Part shown: piece after piece, positions 54,708 through 64,000 of the stretch | How positions within the stretch are numbered: the first letter of the stretch is position 1 | Layout: each line of letters begins with the position of its first letter | Assembly: GCA_951406725.2 (NCBI GenBank) | Contig: OX597814.1 | Span: 32,550,001 to 32,614,000 of the forward strand | DNA from: Octopus vulgaris | Taxonomy: Eukaryota | DNA length: 64,000 nucleotides | Direction: 5' to 3' | Notes under the pieces: model-generated | Seen by the model: only the letters and a program-made list of their open reading frames with translations | What the model was told of the DNA's origin: nothing | Databases searched by the model: none | Made by a program: the position numbers and the translations under genes

Positions 54708-55765
54708 TATGCATGTATTAATGCATATATATGTACATAAGTCGTTTTCTGTCAAAAATTTACCTCCAAACTTGGCCTCGAGTTATAGGTTGAGAATATA
54801 ATAGGGACCATTACCAGATTGTAATAAACAAGATAAACAACTTGTATTCATGCTTGCTGTGCACCACTTAACGCAATCCCAGTAGGCCGTCCTAAATATT
54901 TCTATTAACCGTTGAGCTTTGTCAATTCACGATCAAAAGAATCAATCTCTCAATTGTTGATCAACATTATTCATATATGGTGTGACGTTGTTGCTTCTTC
55001 GCAAATAATAATATTTGTAGGATATTTAAAATGGCTGCTAGGCACAGACTATATAAAGAGCCATATTTTGACAGAGAACATTTACAGAACCGTAGCGAAA
55101 GAGTAACGGTAGAAAAATAAATGCATGAATATACACAGGAAACAGAATTCTTTTTCTATGGAGAGAATCAATTCTGCCTCCGTTGCTACATTATTATTTA
55201 CTGGGTATTTATCGATTCCAGAGAAATGACAAGCAAGGCAATGTTAGGCCTTGTTGTTACTAGAACTCTGCTTGTAGAGACTTCAGATTTACTTCTTTTT
55301 GTCTTCCTTCCCGGATTTCTACGTTGGTGGAGAAAAGATATAATCTACGGTATCAAACTTCTTGATTGTCTCGCCTCTGTATTTTATCGACGTCAAAGAA
55401 ATTTTTTTTAAAATAGACACCGGTGGCATTTCAACAGAAAAAAAATGCACATAGATATGGTCATATATTGCAGTTCTATATTTAAGAGATGAGGAATTAT
55501 GTACGTTATTTACATTATTTACAATTGACAGATATTTGTCCTCATCTTGTTTGTTGTTAATACCCTCCAGCCTTCATAAGCTGTCTTGGGGAAATTTCGA
55601 ACCTGGGTTCTCATTCCTTAGGTATTTTTCGATGTTGCTGTTGTTGTTATTATCATTATCATTATCATTATTATTATTCCGAACTCGAAATCTTGGAGTT
55701 AGTAGCGTACGCTCTTAACCACTACGCCTTATGCGCGTGGGCAATTATGGAGTGAATTTTAGGGC

Positions 55766-56260
55766 TTATAAATCTAATATTCTCCTACCCTTCCTTAATT
55801 CTGGTTCCCATATGCTGTTCATGTCTCCACTCGGTCTGCTTAGGAGGTTGTTGTGTCCTAGCATATATGCTGCTTTTAGTTTTCGTATTTTCAAGTGGTG
55901 TTCTCTGCCTATTATTTTAACTTCATCCCACAGGGGGAGGTGGTCTCCATTTTTCCATACATTATCAGCTATACCCGATTTATCCATATCTCCCCGTGTC
56001 ACAGCTTTGCGATGTTCATCTACCCTTATTTTGAGGGGGCGGCATGTTTCGCCTTTGTATAACCTACCACAGCTGAATGGGATGGAGTACACGCAGTTCT
56101 TAGTCATATTCTCTTCTATTGGTGGTTTTCTCGAAGGAGATATTTGCGAAGTGTTGTATTACTTTTGAATACTGTCTTGATGTCATATAGGCCGCATATC
56201 TTTTGTATCTTTTCGGAGAGGCCTTTCACGTAGGGTAGACAGACTGTAGACAGTTTATTG
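55766..56260 (-). pseudogene. Penelope-like GIY-YIG endonuclease domain plus linker
   Basis: VCLPYVKGLSEKIQKI...; NCVYSIPFSCGRLYKGETCRPLKIRVDEHRK...SGIADNVW...RKLKAAYM. Confidence 0.88.
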
Positions 56261-56392
56261 GATTCATCCTCTCTTTTTTTCATAATTGTAGTGGAGAGTA
56301 TGTTTTTGGGTATAGCTGATCATGTATGAACAATTGGAGACCACACCGAAAAATACCTTAGGAATGAGAACCCAGGTTCGAAATTTTCCCAA

Positions 56393-56438
56393 GACACCTG
56401 ATGAAGGCTGGAGGGTGTATCAGCTGAAACGTTGTGTT
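56393..56438 (+). ncRNA. Minimal type I hammerhead ribozyme in the Penelope pseudo-LTR
   Basis: GACAC-CTGATGA-A-GGCTG...CAGCT-GAAA-C-GTT-GTGTT; palindromic AACGTT stem III. Confidence 0.7.
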
Positions 56439-56502
56439 AACAACAAACAAGATGAGGACAAATATCCATCAATTGTAAATAATGTAAATAATGGTTATAT
56501 AT

Positions 56503-57460
56503 TAGCTTCGAATTTTGGTATACAAGGCCAGCAATTTGAAGGGAAGGGGAGAGTCGATTACATTGAGCTTAGTATTCAACTGGTGCATATTTTATAATGC
56601 CCGAAATGGTGTAAAGCAAAGTTCACTCTGACGGTATATGAACTCAGAATGTAAAGGCGGAAGAAATGCTGCTTCGCATTTCTTCAGACGCCGTAATGAT
56701 GCTGCCAGCTCGTCCCCTAAAATGTGATCCTATACTGGTTTCAAATTTTGGCACAAGGCCAGCAATTTCAGGGAAGTGGTGAAGTCGATTACATCGACTC
56801 CAGTGTTCAGCTAGTACTTATTTTATCGACCTCGAAATGATGAAAGGCAAAGTTGAACTCGGCAGAATTTGATCTCAGAAAGTAAAGACGGACGAAATAC
56901 CACTAATCATTTTGCCAGGAACGCTAACGATTCTGCCAGCTCACCTTCATATAGTGCTCGCTCTTTTTAACAAGGGATTTAATATGAGGGACATAAGCCA
57001 CCCAGCAAAATAACACTATGCAACGATACGTGTAATTGAAACGCAGATTATGCAAGTAAACCGTAATGGTTGAATGGCTGAAGCCGTAATAATCCTTCTT
57101 ACTATAGGCAGAAGGCCTGAAATTTGAGGAAGGGGACTAGTCGATCACATCGACCCCAGTGTTTCATTGGTACTTAATTTATTGACCCCGAAAGGATGAA
57201 AGGCAAAGTCGACATCGGCGGGAGTTAAACTCGAAACGAAGCGACTGACGAAATACCGGTAAGCATTTGACCCGGCGTGCTAACGATTCTGCTAGTCCGC
57301 TGCCTAAATGGTTTCAAATTTTGGCACAAAGGCAGCAATTTTGGTGAGGGAATTAAGTCGATTACATCGACCTCAGTGTTCAACTGGTACGTAAGGATGA
57401 AAGGCAAAGGCAACCTCGATGGATTTTAAACTCAGAACGTAGAGGCAGACGAAATACCGG
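56503..57460 (-). mobile_element. Cluster of four co-oriented SINE-C short-tail copies (~56503-56718, 56737-56946, 57090-57305, 57309-57460)
   Basis: Repeated GTCGATTACATCGAC...ATGAAAGGCAAAG...CTCAGAA modules of differing divergence. Confidence 0.85.
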
Positions 57461-57636
57461 CTTCCTTGAAATCGTAATAACACCACTAAAAACTGTGGGA
57501 AAATATGAGAAAGCGGAGAGGGAACTGAATGCAAAACCCAAAAACTATTATATCACAATGAAACAAAAGGGTAGACCAAATAACACGTACCACCAGTAGC
57601 AGCAGTAATAGTAATAGTAGTAGTAGCAGCAGCAGC

Positions 57637-57743
<107 letters not shown>

Positions 57744-57901
57744 AACGACGATAAGAAGAGGAATAGGAGCAAAATGAGGAGAGAGTGTGGCTGCGTTTGA
57801 GCGTGGTGAGGGAAAAAAGTTTACCAGAACAACAAAAACAAAATCAGCAAATCACAATCGGAACGACGACGAAGACAACAATAACAGCAACAACAGCAAC
57901 A

Positions 57902-58100
57902 GTGGAGGCGCAATGGCCCAGTGGTTAGGGCAGCGGACACGCGGTCGTAAGAGAGCGGTTTCGATTCCCAGACCAGGCATTGTGAGTGTTTATTGAGCAA
58001 AAATACCTAAGCTCCACGAGGCTCCGGCTGTGGTGGTGGTGGTGAATCCCCACTGAACTCTTTCACCAAAACTTTCTCTCACTTTTTCTTCCTACTTCTG
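57902..58100 (+). mobile_element. SINE-B 5' half
   Basis: GGAGGCGCAATGGCCCAGTGGTTAGGGCAGCGGAC head. Confidence 0.85.
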
Positions 58101-58377
58101 CCACAGAGCAGAGGAACCATGGTGTAACCCACTATGGTGTGGTAAACTTTCAGACCCTAGTCTAGATTGCGAATCCTCTGTACCCCAGGATGGTTCAGCT
58201 CTCCACCCGTTAGAAGCCACCGTTTACGGAATAGGGATTAGAGGTTACTCTTTGTTTCTAATGGCGTGAGTCTTGATTGGAAGAAGAAGAAGAAGAAACA
58301 GTATGATGATGCGGCTGATGATCATGGTCATCGCCATCTTATATCATTATTATGTAACCCCCACAACATTCATGACC

Positions 58378-58530
58378 TGGCTGTATGGTAAGTAGCTTGC
58401 TTATCAACCACATGGTTCCGGGTTCAGTCCCACTGCGTGGCACCTTGGGCATGTGTTCTACTATATCCTCGGGCTGACCAAAGCCTTGTGAGTGGATTTG
58501 GTAGACGGAAACTGAAAGAAGCCCATCGTA

Positions 58531-58573
<43 letters not shown>

Positions 58574-58788
58574 GTGTGTGCATATGTTTGTGTGTCTGTG
58601 TTTGTCCCCCAACATCGCTTGACAACTGATGCTGGTGTGCTTACGTCCCCGTAACTTTAGCGGTTCGGCAAAAGAGACCGATAGAAGTGTCTTCTACTAT
58701 AGTCTCGGGCCGACCAAAAGACTTGTGAGTAGATTTGGTAGACGGAAACTGAAAGAAGCCCGTCGTATATATGTATATATATATATAC

Positions 58789-58838
<50 letters not shown>

Positions 58839-59061
58839 TTGAGTGTCTGTGTTTGTCCTCCCCCCCCTCACCAACATCACTTGACAACCGATGCTGGTAT
58901 GTTTACGTCGCCGTAACTTAGCGGTTCTGCAAAAGAAACCGATAGAATAAGTACTAGGCTTACAAAGAATAAGTTCTGGGGTCGATTTGCTCGACTAAAA
59001 GGCGGTGCTCCAGCATGGCCACAGTCAAATGACTGAAACGAGTAAAAGAGTAAAAGAGTAA
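58378..59061 (+). mobile_element. SINE-A with internal ~235-260-bp tandem duplication
   Basis: After GACCGATAGAA (58686) the sequence restarts at GTGTCTTCTACTATAG. Confidence 0.88.
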
Positions 59062-59090
59062 ACCAAGATAAGAAACAACAAAGAGATTAT

Positions 59091-59520
59091 CTATTTCTTT
59101 ATTACCCACAAGGGGCTAAACATAGAAGGGACAAACAAGGACAGACAAATGAATTAAGTCGACTACATCGAACCCCAGTGCGTAACTGGTACTTAATTTA
59201 AAGGCGGCGAGCTGGCAGAAACGTTAGCGCGCCGGGCGAAATGCTTAGCGGTATTTCGTCTACCATAACGTTCTGAGTTCAAAATCCGCCGAGGTCGACT
59301 TTGCCTTTCATCCTTTCGGGGTCGATAAATAAAGAACCAGTTATGCACTGGGGTCGATGTAATCGACTTAATCTCTTTGTCTGTCCTTGTTTGTCCCCTC
59401 TGTGTTTAGCCCTTTGTGGGTAGTAAAGAAATAGGTACTTAATTTATCGACCCCGAGAGGATGAAAGGCAAAGTCGACCTCGGCGGAATTTGAATTCAGA
59501 ATTTGAACGGCAGACGAAAT
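59091..59520. mobile_element. SINE-C (+, 59201-59433) nested antisense in SINE-C (-)
   Basis: 13-bp TSD GGTACTTAATTTA at 59188-59200 and 59434-59446. Confidence 0.92.
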
Positions 59521-60009
59521 CAAGAACAAAATAACATCCTCCTCCTCATCATCATCATCATCAGCAGCAGCAGCAGCAGCCGTAGAGAGTCAGCAACAAA
59601 AGTTTTGACGTCCACAGCAATAGTAACCGACAGCAATAACTGAAACAACAGCAGCATCAGCAACAGCAGCAGCAACAGCAGCAGTGACAGTCGCAGTATA
59701 ACACAAGCGGTAGACGGCAACACTTAAGTGGTTCAGTCATTTTCACAGCGAAGTCACTTGTGGAGATCAGTTTTAGCTGGCGGCAATCTGTTTGAAGAAC
59801 ATACACGTAATTTCATTTTACATTGCATTATATGCACACACATACACACACACACACACACGCGCGCACACACACATACACATACACACATGATTCATGT
59901 GCGCAGGAAGTTAAAATACGTATGAAAGCAGGTATATTCTCATGCCATCAGGTAAACAATACAACAATAATTATGTATGCGTGAATACATCTATCTATCT
60001 ATCTATCTA

Positions 60010-60048
<39 letters not shown>

Positions 60049-60169
60049 ATATATATATATAGAGAGAGAGAGAATGAGAGAGAGACAGGTAGATAGATAG
60101 ATACATACACACACATACATATATGTGTGTGTATACGTACATATATATATATATTTACATATATATATG

Positions 60170-60361
<192 letters not shown>

Positions 60362-60604
60362 GTATATACACATATATGTACACAAACACACGAACACACG
60401 CACTCACACACATATATGTATATAATGTAATATATGACAATATAATATAATTGCAACCATAACAATTTCGAAGCAGCAGGCGCTGAAAGAATGCAAAGAG
60501 AAAATTCTTAATTATCAAAAAAAAAAAAAAAATAGTAAGAAAAAAAGAAGAAAAGAAAAAAAAAGAAAACATATATCATTGCATCAAATGTAATAATGTA
60601 TGCA

Positions 60605-60637
<33 letters not shown>

Positions 60638-61751
60638 GGTTACGACGACGACGGTGATGATGATAATGATGAGGTTGATGATGATGATGATGATGATGAT
60701 GATATCTCTGTCTAGTCACCAGGGAAATAAGTGCAAATGCAATATTTGATATGCAGATATAACATGACCAACCAGTCAATTAGTAGACAACCAGACCGCT
60801 CTCCGCACCACCACCACCACCACCACCACTACCACTACCACCTAATCGCCATGAAATTCATCTGTAACATACGTACAGGCAGCAGGTTTAACATAAATAC
60901 AATGTTACTATGTTTTATGTATGTATAGTTCTAAATATTTTGGACAGAGATGTACTTGAATAAACAAGTATTTGTTTTGTACTTAGGTTATCGAGGTGAA
61001 GCTAATTTCAGTGAGTTTTGAAATCAGGTCGGAAAGGGACCAAAAGATAAGTGAAGCGAGGTACTAACGATTCTACCAATCATCAGCCTTCTTCGTGATA
61101 GTAATAATTGCTGTCAGTATTGGCACAAAATCAACCTCAGGAAATACTACGAAGCATTGTCCAACGCTCAGAAAAAAAATTGTACCATACATGCATTCAA
61201 TAACGGTTTCCGAGTAAAGTGCAAGGCTAATAATTTTGAGGAGATGGGGAGTAGCCGATAACATCAACCCCAGGACATGACTGTTAATTTATTATTTCAT
61301 CAACACCGAAAGGAGAAAAAACAAAATTATCTTTAGCGGGATTAGAACTTAGAATGAATAGAGCCGAAAGAATTAAGGCAAGGCATTTCTTCTGGTGTAC
61401 TAATTAATCTACCAGCTTGCCACCTTCCACCATAATCAATGCTAATCACAATCCTTACTTCTACCATGGATAAGAATTAATCCATTGTGATACGAGGGAT
61501 TCAGCCGATTAAACAAAACGTAGAACTTGATAAGTACTAATTATATCAACCCTGGTTGGTTGAAATGTAAAGTCTACTTCAGTAGAATTTGAACTAGCTA
61601 TATACAGATGCACTAATAATAATAATAAAACAAGCAAACGCTAAATCTCTAGCCTACTACTCCAAAAAGCATTCTGTAGAAATTGATTTCAAAATTTGGC
61701 AAAAGGGCAACAATTCCGAGGGAGGGGGAGTTGATTTGATTACATCAACCA

Positions 61752-62652
61752 CGGTGTTCAACAGATATACAGCATTTGGTGAAAGAGTGAGTTATATACT
61801 GCGTCCCTCATCCGCGTTTCCAAGTGCGAGGTAGGCTCATCCGGAACTCTTGAGAGAAGGATATTCAGACGAAAGAACATGAAACCATGATGATCCTCTA
61901 GAGGACATATGTCACCTACATACACACCATGTAGGTGGTCACTCTGGCTCTTTCGCAAGATACTGAAAAGTGGTGGGCCCTGGATATCCAAATTGTTGCA
62001 TTATCCAGTTCAGTATTTTGATGGCGATTTGGGGATATTTGGATGTAGTGCTCCCATCCGCCCCCATTCTGTTGTTTGTGTAATTATCAATGCCAAAATC
62101 TGGGACAAGTCCTTACAGGATTTTTCAGATGTATATAACTGCATATCTTTTCCACTTTCGTTCTAGGGAGTAGAGTCCTAACTTTTTCAGCCTTCCCCAC
62201 TAACTGACATGTCGCATTGAGACAACCTCTTTTTGTATAGCTTCGCTGGATTGCTTCAAGTTCCGTCGTTAGTTTTACACTGTGTTGTGACCATATAATA
62301 TGCATGCAGGAAGATGCACCATTACTCATGTCTATACCTAAGTCGCGCACTGTTGACTCAGGGATCGCAGTTCTTCGTGGGCCAGTGTATCCTGTCTGCA
62401 TTTCATTCAGCTTTTTTGGGGGGGGCGCAGGGCTTTTGATTTTCCACCATTACACTGTGTGTTATTGTCCTCATCCCGCCTTTATATTGCGTCCAACTCA
62501 TGTTGCAGGGAGGCAACATCTCCGTGGTTCTGTATCCTCGGAGGGACTTTTGTATCAACTGCATAGCTAGCAAGGGTGACTATCTGAGCAGCTGACGACA
62601 TGTCTGAGAGGGTCACTACGAATCACAGTGACTCCCAAGACTGTGCCCTGTA
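61752..62652 (-). pseudogene. CR1-clade LINE RT and 3' remnant
   Basis: Minus-strand QGTVLG, SYAVDTK (YADD), TVRDLG, ELEAIQRSYTK, LSRVPDEPT. Confidence 0.82.
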
Positions 62653-63306
62653 AACCCTTATAAAACAGTTGATGTAAATCTACGCACGCAATGTACATGT
62701 TTCAAATCAGTCGACGTAATTACACACCGCCTGACTTACAACCTGTCGCCTGAGTTAGTACCAGTTCACACCTGCTAACTGATAGGCCGATTAGATATTT
62801 CATGTAAATATTTACAACCCGATAAGCTAATCCTGTCACTCCGGCTCTGTCAACTTTGTTGTAGCGCCGGGTTTCGTCGAATTTATGGTCGTCGCGTCCT
62901 ACCACTCCAGCTCCGGCAACTCCGTCGTCGCGTCCTGCTTCATAGAATTTACGGTCGTTACGCCAAGCTATACAAAGCTGCACCACCTCAACAATTGTTG
63001 CATATAATGAATGGATGGATGGAGTCGATCGCTCAAATCAGCTGGCGACGACACAAAAATCGGTGAGAAAATTTGTGAAATGGTACAAAAAATGTCTTGC
63101 ATATAGTTGATGTGTGTCGTGAACTCACATTTGATTTGGCAGATGCTTAGTAATGTGGTGGATGAACTGACATTCAGGACTCAGACATGCCAAAGTACAG
63201 AACACACGAACGTCCCCACACCGGACTCTCTCCTCACTGCATGTTGAAGGGACATGGACATTTTCTACGACTTTTTTCCCCCACCGTCAAGAAGAGATGC
63301 ATAGTA
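62651..63306 (+). pseudogene. piggyBac transposase remnant, internally deleted
   Basis: From 62994 IVAYNEWMDGVDRSNQLATTQKSVRKFVKWYKK (YNxxMGGVDxxDQ...KWYKK motif), later KKRCIV; possible TTAA-CCCT-like left end TAAACCCT at 62651. Confidence 0.75.
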
Positions 63307-63790
63307 TCTCTTATTATAAAAGGCAGATTTTATCTGCCTCCCTTTGGGAGTTATACAAATCTACAATATAGGATTTCTTCAATTACAATTTACCTGGCAT
63401 TTTTAACAGTACAATGCATCGCGTCATGCCAGGTCCAGTTTTTAAAATTTAAACTCCAATTAAGCAAAATTTACAGAAAACTCACATTCTGGTGTGTGTG
63501 TCAAATGCTTTTCTTAGTCTGGTTTACACCACACGCAAACGCACACACACAGTGGGCAACGAATAAAATGAAACTAATTCACTTACTGTAGTGAGTGATT
63601 CTTTCACTCTGCCTCCCACTTCCTCTTTCCACACATACACACGCAAATATATAAATAAAATTGTAAGCTAACGTGCGTGTGTGTGAGTGTGTGTGTGTGT
63701 GTGTGCGCGTGTGTGTGTGTGTGTGTGACGGTGCGTGTGTGTGTGTGTGCGTGTGCGTGAGTGTGTGACAGGAAAGTTTTTTTAGACGAA
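63307..63790 (+). mobile_element. Possible Helitron-like element 5' part inserted into the piggyBac remnant
   Basis: A|TCTCTTATTATAAAAG start followed by hairpin GGCAGATTTTATCTGCC; 3' CTRR end not found. Confidence 0.4.
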
Positions 63791-63817
63791 TATAACACCT
63801 ATATCCAAGTAGCAGAA

Positions 63818-64000
63818 AGATAAGACAGTAAGGTGTGATTTGAGGGAGATTTGGCTGCTATTTCTACCATGTCTAGCTGCCATGTAGGGGTCTCCCTCAT
63901 AGGCTCATACATACATATATACATAGATAAGACAGTAAGGTGTGATTTGGGGGAAATTTTGCTGCTATTTCTACCAGGTCTAGCTACCATGTAGAGGTCC
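63818..64000. repeat. Direct duplication of a ~75-bp dispersed repeat motif
   Basis: AGATAAGACAGTAAGGTGTGATTTG...GCTGCTATTTCTACCA..TCTAGCT.CCATGTAG.GGTC occurs twice; degenerate relatives near 4810, 7040 and 10130. Confidence 0.85.

Larger units (their letters stand above)
55465..56492 (-). mobile_element. 5'-truncated Penelope-like element with inverted pseudo-LTR copies (55506-55632 and 56347-56492)
   Basis: GIY-YIG ORF inside; terminal segments are reverse complements, a known PLE insertion architecture. Confidence 0.85.

Overview
AT-rich, repeat-saturated eukaryotic non-coding DNA. The SINE and microsatellite content strongly suggests an Octopus (coleoid cephalopod) intron or intergenic region; this is inference. 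I can support no intact host protein-coding gene: nearly all ORFs in the track are translations of (TA)n/(CA)n/(TATC)n arrays or SINE bodies. The window holds four recurrent tRNA-derived SINE families (called A-D here). It also holds decayed LINEs (R4/Dong-like restriction-like-endonuclease, RTE, CR1, Tx1/L1-like), Penelope-like elements (RT and GIY-YIG remnants), DNA-transposon fossils (DD37D maT, mariner, piggyBac, hAT/pogo ends, MITEs), non-autonomous Helitron-like elements and a 5'-truncated 5S rRNA pseudogene. The most interesting signals are: (i) several hammerhead-ribozyme motifs with palindromic stem III inside inverted-repeat elements; (ii) template-switch rearrangements built on SINEs, including a 170-bp flank copied from 13 kb away; (iii) SINE-C tandem multimers inside a single target-site duplication (TSD); and (iv) a (TATC)n-embedded LINE 3' end that shares its tail with SINE-C.
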